Notes: generated by a model not told the origin, from the sequence alone. A stretch of DNA of 64,000 nucleotides from an uncultured delta proteobacterium (GCA_963803435.1 CAWDML010000006.1:128001-192000); one strand, 5' to 3'. Positions 18,838 to 30,316 are shown, counted from the first letter of the stretch. Numbers and translations are program-made.

Positions 18838-19422
18838 TCAGGAGGCCGGAGTCTCGCGGCGGCCGACGTCGATCCGCGTGAACTTGGTCCCCTTCAGCGA
18901 CCAGTCCAGCATCAAGCCCTTCTTCCCCACGCCGAACACCGCCACCGGTCCGCGCGCCTTCAGCGAGTCGACCGTGAGGCCCACGTTCTGGTCGACGAGG
19001 GTGGCGTCGAAGTCCATGCCGAAGGTCAGCTCACCCGCCTTGAGAAACCGATCGACCGCATCGTCGGTGAAGAACACGAACACGAAGTCCGCCTCCTGAT
19101 AGCCGGCCTGAAACCCGATCGATCCCGAGGTCATCTGATAGTAACCGGCCGTCTGGCCGCCCCTTCGGAGCGCGCCCTTCCCTTCCTGCCCGCCGACGAT
19201 GAACGCCGCCTTCTTCGCCGCGGGAATGACGAGGATGCCCTTCGCATCGTCGAGATAGGCCTCGCTGCCGTGGACCTGCTCCTTGAAGCGCGCGAGCGCG
19301 GCGTCGACGCGCTGGTCGATCTCACCGGTCGTCGGATCGGCGCTCGCCGTCGAGGGGGCCGAGACTACGAGACCGAGCCCGAGGACCAGCAACCCCGAAC
19401 CGTATGCGGTGCGATTTCTCAT
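18838..19422 (-). CDS. Exported YSC84/SYLF lipid-binding domain protein
   Basis: Signal peptide; AKGILVIP, GGQEGKG, GSIGFQAG, SLKGTKF. Confidence 0.85.
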   Translation of the reverse strand: MRNRTAYGSGLLVLGLGLVVSAPSTASADPTTGEIDQRVDAALARFKEQVHGSEAYLDDAKGILVIPAAKKAAFIVGGQEGKGALRRGGQTAGYYQMTSGSIGFQAGYQEADFVFVFFTDDAVDRFLKAGELTFGMDFDATLVDQNVGLTVDSLKARGPVAVFGVGKKGLMLDWSLKGTKFTRIDVGRRETPAS

Positions 19423-19448
19423 GCGAACACCTCCTGTGGAGAAGGAGC

Positions 19449-19464
19449 TGCATGCGTCATACCG
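19449..19464 (-). promoter_or_regulatory. Possible sigma54 promoter for the SYLF gene
   Basis: Minus strand CGGTATGACGCATGCA gives GG-N10-GC just upstream of the GGAGG SD. Confidence 0.35.
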
Positions 19465-19504
19465 TCCCGACCCCGTGCAGCCACTGCGCAGCGGCGCAAC
19501 CGCC

Positions 19505-21574
19505 TCAGCCCCCAGATCCGACCAGGGCCACCACGCCGTCGACCCAGGCGTCCGGCGATCCGGGCGACCACGCGATCCGCGCGTCTCGCAGCGCGACGGC
19601 AGGGTCGGCGCCGGCGACGATCCGCCGCCGGACGTCGTCGAAGAGCTGGCCGGCCCGGGCCTCGGAGAGCGGCGAGGTGGAGATCAGCACGGCGAGCGCC
19701 CCGGCGCGCAACATCGCGACCGCGACCCCGGCGGCGCCGTCTCTCGCGGACGGCAGCACCACCACCGGCGCTCCGGTCCATCGCGCCGCCGCCAGCGCTT
19801 CGACCGTGATGCGAGCGGCGTCGTCTCGACCCGGTGCCGTCGTGATCCCCGCGCCGTCGACGGGGAGGTCGAGCTCGACCCAGCCGGCCCTCGACAGCGC
19901 CCCCATCACCGACGCGGGCGTCGCCCGATCACCGGCGACGATCTCGATGTCCGCCGCCGGCGATCCAGCGATCGGCGGGGCGTCCACCACGAACGCCTGC
20001 GCGATCTCTCGCGGCAGGAGGCCGCTCGTCCCGAGCACCGCCGCGCCCGCGAGGATCGACACGCGGTCGCAGCGAGCCAGCGCCGCCGAGACCTCCGCCG
20101 GGACACGCGGAGGAAAGGACCCGCGCTCGAGGCGGCCCACGGCGCGACCGGTCTCGTCGCGCGCCACCGAGACCCGCCGATCCAGGTGGGCCTCGACCGC
20201 CAGCATGCAGCGCGCGGGCGCCTCCCGGGCCTGCCCCTCGGCGATCCGGCGGAGCGCGTCGTCGAAGCGACCGTCCTCGCCGTCCTCCAGCGCCAGCACC
20301 GAGCGGGCGTCGGTGGCCGCCCGTCGCGCGCCCGGGTCCGACGGCAGGCGCTCGGCCTCTCGTATGATCGCGTCGAGCTCGGTGAGAGAGGTCGCGCGCG
20401 CGTCGCGCAGGTGGGCCATCGCCATCAGCTGCCGGACCACCAGCGCCGCGCCCGGGTCCGCCCCCAGGGCCGCGCGGTTCGCCGCGACGGTCTGCTCCAG
20501 CATGGCCAGCTCTTTGGCGCGGCCGTCCCATCGAACCAGCTCCGCCAACACGCGGACTCCGTCGAGCGACAGGGGCACACCGCTCCGCGCAGCCTCGGCG
20601 AGCTCGCGACGGGCCGCGGGCCGTTCAATCCGGAAGAGGTCGACGGCGGCCAGCGCCTCGTGGAGATGGAGCGTCTGCGCGCGCAGCGGATCGAGATCGA
20701 TCAGCTCCTCGCCGTAGAGACCGACGAACGATCGGTCGTGCCGGGCGCGCGCCGCCTCGAACCGCGCCTCCAGCTCGGGCGCCTCCAGCGGCACGCCGAG
20801 CCCGCGGCGAGCGCCTGCGAGCGGAGCCGGGTGGGGCTCGTGCTGCGCGCGCTCGGCCAGCGCGGCCGCGCGAGCGGAGGCTTCGGCGGACCAATCGGGA
20901 TCGCTCGTCTGGGAGGCGCGCCCGAACTCCGCGATGGCGACGCGCACCATCCCGAGGTGCTCCGCGATCAGCGCGCGGTTGAAGCGGGCGGTCGCATCGT
21001 CGGGTGCTTCGGCGAGGGCGCGATCGATAGCGACCAGCGCGCGCTCCGGTTGGCCGTCCGCGAGGAGCGCCACCGCCAGATCGTTCGAGAGCGCCGGGTT
21101 CGGCCGCGAGCTCTCCAGCACCTCGATCGCCCGCGCGCGGTCCCCGCGCACCAGGAGGGCCACGCCGAGCGCGTGCTTCCGGTGTGCGTCGTCGAGCCGC
21201 TCGATCATCGCCTCGGGTACGCGATCCGCCGACGCCGGATCGTACGGGCGGTGCCGGGAGGGCGGCCCGAACACCAGGCGCCCCTCGAGCGCGCGCGACG
21301 GCGACGGCGACCAATCGAACGCCGGCTGGACCGAGGTCACCGCCACCAGCACCACTCCGCCCGCGAGCAGCGCGGCCAGCCCGAACCCGACAATCAGGCG
21401 CGCCGCGGGCGACAGTCGGGCCGCGCTCACCTCGCCGGCCGGACGTTCGAGAGCTTCCAGCGCCGTCTGACACGTCTCGCACTCCGGAAGGTGGGCCACG
21501 AAGGCGGCCTGCTCGGCCTCGGACAGCTCGCCGTCGACGAACGCCTGGAGCGCCTCGTGGATCGAGCTCGACAC
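19505..21574 (-). CDS. zf-HC2 anti-sigma domain + TM + TPR + degenerate CHAT-like domain
   Basis: FVDGELS...HLPECETC; TM helix; ARFNRAL TPR; C-terminal AMLRAGALAV...PAVALRDAR CHAT-like tail. Confidence 0.7.
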   Translation of the reverse strand: MSSSIHEALQAFVDGELSEAEQAAFVAHLPECETCQTALEALERPAGEVSAARLSPAARLIVGFGLAALLAGGVVLVAVTSVQPAFDWSPSPSRALEGRLVFGPPSRHRPYDPASADRVPEAMIERLDDAHRKHALGVALLVRGDRARAIEVLESSRPNPALSNDLAVALLADGQPERALVAIDRALAEAPDDATARFNRALIAEHLGMVRVAIAEFGRASQTSDPDWSAEASARAAALAERAQHEPHPAPLAGARRGLGVPLEAPELEARFEAARARHDRSFVGLYGEELIDLDPLRAQTLHLHEALAAVDLFRIERPAARRELAEAARSGVPLSLDGVRVLAELVRWDGRAKELAMLEQTVAANRAALGADPGAALVVRQLMAMAHLRDARATSLTELDAIIREAERLPSDPGARRAATDARSVLALEDGEDGRFDDALRRIAEGQAREAPARCMLAVEAHLDRRVSVARDETGRAVGRLERGSFPPRVPAEVSAALARCDRVSILAGAAVLGTSGLLPREIAQAFVVDAPPIAGSPAADIEIVAGDRATPASVMGALSRAGWVELDLPVDGAGITTAPGRDDAARITVEALAAARWTGAPVVVLPSARDGAAGVAVAMLRAGALAVLISTSPLSEARAGQLFDDVRRRIVAGADPAVALRDARIAWSPGSPDAWVDGVVALVGSGG

Positions 21575-21781
21575 GCGGCCATGATCAGGGAGTTGCCTCG
21601 GGGAGCGCAATCGGAGGCGCTGCCGGTGCGCTGGCTGTCGATCTGATTGTCCCTCTTCCAGAGGCGCGCCTGGCGGGCGGGTCCGGAGGGGTCGCCCTCA
21701 ACTCCCAGGTCCAAACAGGCGCGGGGCGCATCCCAGCCTTGACTCGACACCTGCGGACGACTCCGACTGTCGGCGTTCGGA

Positions 21782-22918
21782 ATGAAACCGCGAACCAAGC
21801 TTTTGCTGATCTCCATCGGTGGGCTGGTGCTCGTCGTCGGCGCGCTGGCCGGAACCAAGGCCGCCCAGATCAAGACGATGATCGCGGCCGGAAAGTCGTT
21901 TGCGCCGCCGCCCGAGACCGTGGCCTCGACGCAGGTCGAGACCAGCCAGTGGCAGCCCACGCTCACCGCGGTCGGATCGGTCGTGGCGATGCGCTCGGTG
22001 ACGATCGCCTCCGAGCTGCCGGGGACCGTCCAGCGCCTGCACTTCGAGTCGGGCAAGCTGGTCCGTGCCGGTGAGATCCTGATCCAGCTGGACACCTCGA
22101 TCGAGGAGGCGCAGCTGGCGTCGGCGACGGCTCAGGCTTCGCTGGCGGTGATCAACCGCGACCGCGCGGTATCCCTCCGCAAGCTCAAGGCGAACACACA
22201 GGCCGAGCTCGACACCGCGATCGCCACCGCCGCGCAGGCCGAAGCGACGGTGGCGAACATCCGCGCCACCATCGCCAAGAAGAACCTCCGCGCGCCCTTC
22301 GCCGGGCGCCTCGGCCTCCGGCAGGTCGAGGTCGGCCAGGTGCTGGCGCCCGGGACCCCGATCGTCACGCTGACGGCCTTCGACCCCATCTACGTGGACT
22401 TCTTCCTCCCCCAGCAGGCGCTCGCGCAGCTCGAGGTCGGTCAGACAGTCCGCATCGACACCGACACGTTCGGCGCCCGGAGCTGGGAGGGGAAGATCAG
22501 CGCCATCGACTCGGCGGTGGACCTGGTCAACCGCAACGTCAAGGTTCGCGCTCAGCTGGCCAACGAAGACGAGAAGCTGCGCCCGGGCATGTTCGTCAGC
22601 GTGGCCGTGCTCCTCCCCGAGACGAAGGACGTGTTGACGGTCGCCGCCACCGCCATCATCTACGCCCCGTTCGGCGACTCGGTCTTCGTGATCGAGCAAG
22701 AGCAGGATCCGGAGGGCAAGCCACAGACCGTGGTCCACCAGAAGTTCGTCCGCATCGGCGAGCGGCGCGGCGACTTGGTGGCCGTCGAATCGGGGCTCGA
22801 GGGCGGCGAGACCGTGGTCAGCGCCGGCGCCTTCAAGCTGCGAAACGGGGCCGCGGTGGTGGTCGACAACACGCTGGCGCCCGAGGCGAACGTCGCGCCG
22901 AAGCCGAGCGACGGCTGA
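21782..22918 (+). CDS. RND efflux periplasmic adaptor (MexH/AcrA family)
   Basis: N-terminal anchor; lipoyl-like GTVQRLHFESG; LRAPFAG; LRPGMF. Confidence 0.93.
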   Translation: MKPRTKLLLISIGGLVLVVGALAGTKAAQIKTMIAAGKSFAPPPETVASTQVETSQWQPTLTAVGSVVAMRSVTIASELPGTVQRLHFESGKLVRAGEILIQLDTSIEEAQLASATAQASLAVINRDRAVSLRKLKANTQAELDTAIATAAQAEATVANIRATIAKKNLRAPFAGRLGLRQVEVGQVLAPGTPIVTLTAFDPIYVDFFLPQQALAQLEVGQTVRIDTDTFGARSWEGKISAIDSAVDLVNRNVKVRAQLANEDEKLRPGMFVSVAVLLPETKDVLTVAATAIIYAPFGDSVFVIEQEQDPEGKPQTVVHQKFVRIGERRGDLVAVESGLEGGETVVSAGAFKLRNGAAVVVDNTLAPEANVAPKPSDG

Positions 22919-22940
22919 GCCGGCGAGCAGGGCCGACGCC

Positions 22941-25900
22941 ATGAAGTTCACCGACCTCTTCATCCGCCGTCCGGTCATCGCGATCGTCGTCAACCTGATC
23001 ATCGTGATCGCCGGGCTGCAGGCGGTCCGCACGCTCAACGTGCGCCAGTATCCCCGCAGCGAGAACGCGGCCATCGTCGTCACGACCGTCGTACGTCGGC
23101 GCCAGCGCCGAGCTGGTCCGCGGCTTCATCACGACCCCGCTCGAGCGCGTGATCGCGGCGGCCGACGGCATCGACTACATCGAGTCGGAGAGCCGGCAGA
23201 ACGTCTCGATCATCCGCGCCCGCCTGCAAGCTCAACTACGACGCGACCCGCGCGCTGGCGGAGATCAGCTCCAAGGTCGACCAGGTCCGCCGCGACCTGC
23301 CGCCCGAGGCCGAGGTCCCCATCATCAACATCGAGTCGGCGGACAGCCAGTTCGCCTCCGCCTACCTGAGCTTCTCCTCCGACTTCCTCGCGCAGAACGA
23401 GATCACCGACTACCTGGTCCGCGTGGTCCAGCCGCGCCTGTCGGCGATCGAGGGCGTGCAGCGGGCGGACATCCTGGGCGCCCGGACCTTCGCCATGCGC
23501 ATCTGGCTCAAGCCGGACCGGATGGCGGCCCTCAACGTCAGCCCGAGCAGGTCCGACAGGCGCTCGCCGCGAACAACTACCTGGCGGCGGTGGGCCAGAC
23601 CAAGGGCGCGCTGGTCCAGGTCAACCTCACGGCCAACACGGACCTCAGCTCCGTCCAGGAGTTCAAGCAGCTGGTCGATCCGCGAGCGAACGGCGCGCTG
23701 GTCCGCCTGGGCGACGTCGCCGACGTCGTGCTCGGCGCCGAGGACTACGACACCGCGGTGAACTTCAGCGGCCAGACGGCGGTGTTCATCGGGATCTGGG
23801 CGCTGCCCAACGCCAACTCGCTGGACGTCATCAAGCGCGTCCGCGCGGAGATGGACGTCGCTGCAGAAGGAGCTCCCGGAGCAGATCCAGCGCACCGATC
23901 GCCTATCGACGCGACGCAGCTACATCGAGAACGCCATCGACGAGGTGGATCAGCACGCTCCGGGAGACGCTGCTCATCGTGGTGATGGTCATCTTCCTGT
24001 TCCTCGGGTCGCTGCGCTCGGTGCTGGTGCCGGTGGTGGCCATCCCGGTCTCGCTCGATCGGCGCGGTGTTCCTGATGCAGGTCTTCGGGTTCACGCGTG
24101 AACCTGCTGACCCTGCTGGCGATCGTGCTCTCCGTCGGCCTGGTGGTCGACGACGCCATCGTCGTGGTCGAGAACGTGGAGCGCCACCTGCGCGAGGGGA
24201 TGAGCCCGCTCGAGGCCGCGCTGATGCCGGGGCGCGCGAGCTGGTCGGGCCCGATCATCGCCATGACGATCACGCTGGCGGCGGTCTACACGCCGATCGC
24301 CTTCCAGGGCGGCCTCACCGGCTCCCTCTTCCGCGAGTTCGCGCTCACCCTGGCCGGCGCGGTGACCATCTCGGGCGTGGTGGCGCTGACGCTCTCGCCG
24401 GTGATGTCCGCCTATCTCCTGCAAGGCCGGGCACGAGGACGAGGGGCTCGCCGGACGTGATCAACCGCGGTTTCGACCGGATCCGGGCGGCCTACTGCCG
24501 CGGCTGCTCGACCACGACCCTCGAGCGCGCGCGGCCCCGTGTACGTGGCCTGGGTCGTGCTCGGCCTGCTGGCGCTCTCGCTGTTCAGCATGTCGGCCAA
24601 GGAGCTGGCCCCGGCGGAGGACCAGGGCGTCATCTTCGGCGTTCGTGAACACGCCCGCCAACTCGACGCTCGACGCAGGTCGCCATGTCGACGCGACGCC
24701 GTCAACGAGGCCGTCATGAGCATCCCCGAGGCCCAGTTCACCTTCCAGATCACCACCCCGAGCGTCGGCTTCTGGGGCGTGGGCCTCAAGCCCTGGGACG
24801 AGCGCAAGCGGACGCGCCTTCCAGATCCTGCCCGAGGTGCAGAGCGAAGGTCTGCGGACCATCCCGGGCGTCCAGATCTTTCCCATCCTCCCGCCGGCGC
24901 TGCCCGGTGGCGGTCAGTTCCCGGTGGAGTTCGTGCTGGCCTCCACCGCCGAGCCCGAGGAGATCCTCGGCTTCGCCAAGCAGCTGCAGCAGAAGGCGGC
25001 CACCAGCGGCATGTTCGCCTTTCCGCCGCAGATCGACGTGAAGATCGATCAGCCCCGAGTCGGAGATCGATGATCGACCGCGAGAAGGTCGGCCCAGCTC
25101 GGGCTTGAACCTGGCCAGCGGTCGGGCAGGACCTCGGCGCCGCGGTCGGCGGCAACTTCGTCAACCGCTTCAGCATCGCCGGCCGCAGCTACAAGGTCAT
25201 CCCGCAGGTCCGCGCACCGAGCGCCTCAACCCCGACCAGCTGGAGAACGTCTACGTCACGGGCCCGACGGGCCAGCTGATCCCGCTCTCAGTCGATCGCC
25301 GACGATCCGCAGACAGCGTCGTGCCTCGCTCGCTCAACCGCTTCCAGCAGCTCAACGCCGTGAAGCTCAGCGGCGTGGCGATCCGACCGCTCGACGAGGC
25401 GCTCGCCTATCTGGAGACGGAGGCGGCGAAGATCCTCCCCAGGGCTACGTGCTCGACTACACGGGCGAGTCGCGCCAGCTGCGCACCGAGGGCAACAAGT
25501 TCCTGCCCGCGTTCATCCTCGCGGTCGTGCTGATCTTCCTGGTGCTGGCGGCCCAGTTCAACAGCTTCCGCGATCCCTTCGTGATCCTGGCCGGCTCGGT
25601 GCCGCTGGCGATGTTCGGCGCCCTCGCTCTTCACCTTCCTGAAGATGCCGAACCCGCAACATGCACTTCTTCACCGACGGCTGGACCACGACGCTCAACG
25701 TCTACTCGCAGGTGGGGCTGGTGACGCTGGTGGGTCTGGTCTCCAAGAACGGGATCCTGATCGTCGAGTTCGCGAACGAGCTGCAGCGGCAGGGCTACGC
25801 CAAGATCGAGGCGGTGCAAGCACGCCGCCGTGACCCGGCTGCGGCCCGATCCTGATGACCACCGTCGCCACCGTCTTCGGACATCTTCCCGCTGACCCTG

Positions 25901-26087
25901 GTGACCGGGCCCGGCGCCGCCGCTCGAAACAGCATCGGCCTCGTGCTGGTGGCCGGGCATGGCGATCGGCACGGCCTTCACGCTCTTCTTCGTGCCGTCG
26001 ATCTACGTGCTCCTCGCGAAGGATCACGCCAAAGAGGGCGTCGGGGACGCCAACGGTGTGTCGATCGTCGAGCCCGTCGCGCGCTGA
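22941..26087 (+). pseudogene. RND efflux permease (MexI/AcrB family) broken by many frameshifts; probably an assembly artefact
   Basis: Full-length motifs in shifting frames: [54 protein letters not shown]. Confidence 0.85.
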
Positions 26088-26102
26088 GCGACGCCGCGCG
26101 GG

Positions 26103-27494
26103 TCATCGCGAGATCCGGATCGGGTTGCTGTTCACCACGCGCTCGGTCTCGCCCAGCCCGCGGTAGTAGCGGAACTCGTATGTCCCGGCGCGATCGGGCG
26201 CTTGGGCGAGGAGACGACCCGAGGAGCGCCCACGGGTGGCGCCGATCCAGATCGGGCTCGCCCCGCCCTGACCGTCGAGCGCGTACAGGCCGATCCAGTC
26301 CGACGCAGTGCGCGTGTTCGAAGCGTCGAAATCGACGTTGATCAGCCCGCGGCTGTGCACGGTCGTCGGCCATGCGCGGACGGCCTCGCTCACCGGCGCG
26401 GCGCTCCAGGTCGGATCGGCGGTCCCATAGCGGACCTCGACCTCGGCGCGGGTGCCCTCGATCGATCCCACGCCGATCGAGAGGCCGGACTCGTGATCGA
26501 CGAAGGTGTCGCCGGCGATCCAGGCGGCGTCGGACCAGTCGCTCTGACCGACCGCGCTCTCGGGCGTGCTGTCGAGCAGCATCGAGGCGCCGCCCGACAC
26601 CAGGTGGATCACCACGCCCGTGCGGCGATCTCCCGCGTTGGCGTCGGTCGTGTCGAAACCGATCGAGACGCGGAGCTCGAGCTCGAAGTGCTGCGCGTCG
26701 CCGGCGAGGGGGCGCGCGACGTGGAGCGCCTTGTCGCCGGTGCTCGGGGTCTCGAGCGCCTCGAGCGCGTAGTCGCCGTCCTCCGAGATCTCCTGGATAC
26801 CGCGGCCGTCGCCGAACCATCCCAGCTTCTCCTTGGCGCGCGCGCTCGGGTGGCCCCACGCATAGCCCTCGGACGGAGGCTCCTCCGTACCGGCCCCCAT
26901 GACGTCGAAGACGTCGTTGGTGTCGTTGGACGCGCACGCACCGATCGGCTGGAGCGTCGCGGCACCGCAGTCGAGCGTGCCCGCGTGGCCGAGCCCGAGG
27001 AGGTGGCCGAGGAGGTGCCCCCAAGCGGCGTCGGGGAGGCCGGTGCGGAGCCAGCCGCGCCCGGCCTCGGCGTCCCAGGCGAGCGGCGCGGGACAGTCGA
27101 GATCCGCGTGAAGATAGAGGATCGGTCGGTATCCTTCGAGATCGTACCCGCTCCGGCGGAGGCCGTCGGCGGCGGCGGCGGCGACGGCCTCGCGCGCGCA
27201 GGGCACGGCAGGCAACGCCACGTCGATCGGTCCCAGCACGTCGCCCTCCAGCCACGCGCGCCCGTACGATGCCTCCTGAAGGAAGCTCGACGTCTCCATG
27301 AACACCGCCTCGCGCACGTTCTGGGGATCGGGCGACGGAAGCCCGCGGCCCGGCGAACGCACGACGACCACCGCCGTCCTCAAGCCTCCGACCGCCTCGG
27401 CAGCACCGTCGCGAAGGTCGTCGATCGGATAGAGCAGCGAGCAGCGCACGGAGAGCGCGGCCAGGAGGACGGTCTGGAGCAGTGCGCGGCGCAT
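26103..27494 (-). CDS. M11/gametolysin-like metallopeptidase-fold lipoprotein with the catalytic Glu replaced
   Basis: ASYG, HLLGHLLGLGHA (HExxHxxGxxH with E to L), FDVMG Met-turn, KEKLGW; C-terminal Ig domain DWIGLY...GTYEFRY. Confidence 0.75.
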   Translation of the reverse strand: MRRALLQTVLLAALSVRCSLLYPIDDLRDGAAEAVGGLRTAVVVVRSPGRGLPSPDPQNVREAVFMETSSFLQEASYGRAWLEGDVLGPIDVALPAVPCAREAVAAAAADGLRRSGYDLEGYRPILYLHADLDCPAPLAWDAEAGRGWLRTGLPDAAWGHLLGHLLGLGHAGTLDCGAATLQPIGACASNDTNDVFDVMGAGTEEPPSEGYAWGHPSARAKEKLGWFGDGRGIQEISEDGDYALEALETPSTGDKALHVARPLAGDAQHFELELRVSIGFDTTDANAGDRRTGVVIHLVSGGASMLLDSTPESAVGQSDWSDAAWIAGDTFVDHESGLSIGVGSIEGTRAEVEVRYGTADPTWSAAPVSEAVRAWPTTVHSRGLINVDFDASNTRTASDWIGLYALDGQGGASPIWIGATRGRSSGRLLAQAPDRAGTYEFRYYRGLGETERVVNSNPIRISR

Positions 27495-29156
27495 CAGTCG
27501 CAACCCGGTTTGAGTCGCTTGAGACCCTCGTCGTCGATCCAGAACGGTGGATCGCAGCGCTTGGGCTCGCTGCTCTCGGCCCGGCGGGGCCGGCGACTCC
27601 GCCGGACGCGCTTGGCGCGGCGCACCGGACGCGGCGGCTCCGAGACCAGCTCCGCTCGGGCGGGTGGGAGGGAGATCGGGATCTCGTCGATCGCGAGGAG
27701 CTCGCTCCGCTGCGAGACCCGCGGGCCCGCGCGCGCCGGGGCCGGCCGCGGTCGTGGCGCCTCGGGGAGCGCCAGCAGCAGGAGCGCGGCGCCGGCGAGG
27801 ATCGGGAGGAGCGCGAGCCAGAGAAGCCGGCGCTTCGGCCGCCCGCGATTGTCGGCGGGGGGAGGGAGAATGTACGTCGGATCCGGGCCCGCCCCGAAGG
27901 GATCGTCAAACACCTCGAACGTCGACTCGGTGGGCTCGCGCTCCGAGAAATCCTCGATCTCCGGCAACGGCCCACGCCCCGGGAGGCCGGGGGCCCAGTC
28001 GATCGGCTGGCGCTGCGTCGTGATGACGACCTTGCGATCAAACTCGAGCGAAGAGTCGAGCGCGCTCGGAAACAAGAGCAGCGCGTTCGGGTGCCGCTCG
28101 TCCCCGATCGACTGCGTCGAGGTGACGACCCGACCATCGAACGCTCCGACCGCCGGTGCAGGGGTCTTGAGGACCTCGACGGACACGGCCTGGCTGCGCT
28201 CGATGTCGGCGATGCGACGCGCGCGCTCGCGGAGGCCGACGCCGGCGCGCATGTCGACGAAGTGTCCGACCTCGCGCTCGGTCGCGAGGACCGTGGCGCG
28301 CTCGAGCTCGAGCGACATCTCCCGCGCCGTCGAGTAGCGGAGCGCTGCGTTGCGCTCGAGGCCGCGCATCACCACGTCGTCGAGCGCCGGCGAGACGGAG
28401 CGGTTGATCGTCGAGGGTGACGGGATCGGAGTGTCGAGCAGCTCGGAGATGGGCAGCGTGCTCCGGAAGAGACGCCGGCCCGCGAGCGCCTCCCAAAGCA
28501 CCACCGCGGCGGAGTACACGTCGGAGCGCGCGCTCGTCTCGCCGGCGATGATCTGCTCCGGGGCCATGTAGCTCGGCTTTCCGCAGCGCTCGCTCGCAGA
28601 TCCCGCGGCCCTCCGGCCCGTGGTCGCCACGCCGAAGTCGAGGATCCGGGCGATCCCATCCACGCCCACCAGGACGTTCTGCGGGGAGACATCGCGATGG
28701 ACGATCTCGAGCGGAGTGCCCCGCTCGTCGACGGCCGTGTGCGCGGCCTGCAAGCCTTCCAGCATTCCGCGCACGATCGCCGCGACCACCGGTACGGGCG
28801 GCGGCCGATCCTCACCGAGTCGAAGGAGGCGATGGAGCGCCTCGCCATGGACGTACTCGAGGATCAGGAACAGCTCGTTGCAGTCGGTGAGGGCGTCGAG
28901 GATCGGCACGACGTTGGGGTGCCGGATGCGCGCGGCCAGCCGCGCCTCTTTGATGAACGAGCGCACGAAGTCGCGGTCGGAGGCGAGCTGCGGGTGGAGG
29001 CGCTTGATCGCGACGATCCGTACGGAAGCCGACCGACCCGTGAAGGTGTCCGAGATGGACGCAGCCCATCCCGCCGGCGCCGATCCGATCGCAGAGCTCG
29101 TAACGCTCGATGGTCTTTCGAGACGCGTCCAACGCCTTCGATTCTAACGAATCCAC
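27494..29156 (-). CDS. Hanks-type Ser/Thr kinase with TM helix; one-base insertion near 29020
   Basis: IGAGGMG in one frame, VAIKRLH...HRDVSPQN, DFG, YMAPE in the next. Confidence 0.85.
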
Positions 29157-29179
29157 CGGTCAGTTCGTGATGTAGGTCG

Positions 29180-30031
29180 CTAATTCCAGGGCCACACCAC
29201 GCCGACGGTCGCCGGAACGGTACCGCCGAAGACCGACCCTCGGTTCACGACGACGCGTACCAGCGGACCCTCGATCGGATCGGGCGATCGATCCTCGTAC
29301 AGATACACGAGGACGCCGACGACGGCCGAGACGAGGCCCGCGACCCCGACGCCGAGCGACACGTCGGCAATGATCTGCTTGCGTCGGATCCGGTCCGTGT
29401 CGTCATCCGTGCAGTGCGGGGCGCACTCGGCCTGCGCGCGATCGAAGTCCCGGGTCGAGGTGACTCCGAAGTAGGCAAAGCTTCCCATGCCCACGAGACC
29501 GGCGCTCCCCGCCAGGTAGATCCAGATCGGCGGTCCGGCGGGCGCAGCCTCCGGCGCAGGCAGGAGCGCCTGCGGTGGGAGCTCGGGCACCAGCACCAGC
29601 TCGATGCGACGGTCCTTCTCGCCATGGAGGATCGTGATCCGCTCGCTGTGCGTCCGGTAGCTCGGGCGCTCCACCCGGAGCTCGTGCGCGCCCGGATCGA
29701 GCTCGAGCGCTCGGCCTTCGGTCGACGTCCCGACCTGCGTACCGTCGATGTAGAGCTGGGCGCCCTGAACATCTCGGCCGTCGGGATCCTGCACGCGGAC
29801 CACGATCGTCGGCAGCGCCGCCTCGACCTCGCGCATCCACTGGGCGCAGTCCGTCTGGGCGGTGGACGGGCAGTCGCGTTGCGCGCACCGGACCAGCGCG
29901 CGCCGCGCCGCCAGCAGCTCACCGTCGCGCCGATGCCGCTGCGCCGCGACGTAGGTATCTTCGCAGGTGGGCTCGGCGTGGGCGACCGAGGTGTACGCCA
30001 CGGTCGCGATCACCCAGACGCACGCACGCAC
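29180..30031 (-). CDS. Myxobacterial PEGA-domain membrane protein
   Basis: Signal AHA; Cys-containing helical N-terminus; YIDG...ELDPGAHELRVE; two C-terminal hydrophobic segments. Confidence 0.8.
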   Translation of the reverse strand: MRACVWVIATVAYTSVAHAEPTCEDTYVAAQRHRRDGELLAARRALVRCAQRDCPSTAQTDCAQWMREVEAALPTIVVRVQDPDGRDVQGAQLYIDGTQVGTSTEGRALELDPGAHELRVERPSYRTHSERITILHGEKDRRIELVLVPELPPQALLPAPEAAPAGPPIWIYLAGSAGLVGMGSFAYFGVTSTRDFDRAQAECAPHCTDDDTDRIRRKQIIADVSLGVGVAGLVSAVVGVLVYLYEDRSPDPIEGPLVRVVVNRGSVFGGTVPATVGVVWPWN

Positions 30032-30106
30032 GATCTAGATGTACCACATCCGTACTCGACCTGGCCCTTCAGCCCCGATGCGCCCGGTCGATCCAGAGTC
30101 TAGGTC

Positions 30107-30316
30107 ATGATCCCGCTGACGCGCCTCAACAAGGACCTGATCTACGTCAACCTCACGTCGATCCAATATCTCGAGCGTACCCCCGAGACGCTGGTGGTCT
30201 TTAACAATGGTGATCGCCTCCTGGTGCGCGAGCCCGTCGAAGAGGTGCTCGCGCTGGCGAAGGCCTATCAGTCCGCCGTCTTCAACGGAGGAGAGGCATG
30301 GATCTCACGACCGTAG
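30107..30316 (+). CDS. flbD: Flagellar FlbD family protein
   Basis: MIPLTRLN...YVNL..I..LERTPET...G..LLVREPVEEV. Confidence 0.9.
   Translation: MIPLTRLNKDLIYVNLTSIQYLERTPETLVVFNNGDRLLVREPVEEVLALAKAYQSAVFNGGEAWISRP

Noticed and set aside
21737-21775. SoxR/MerR box upstream of the MexHI-like pump
   Set aside because: TTGACT is present but there is no convincing dyad or -10 at 19-bp spacing.
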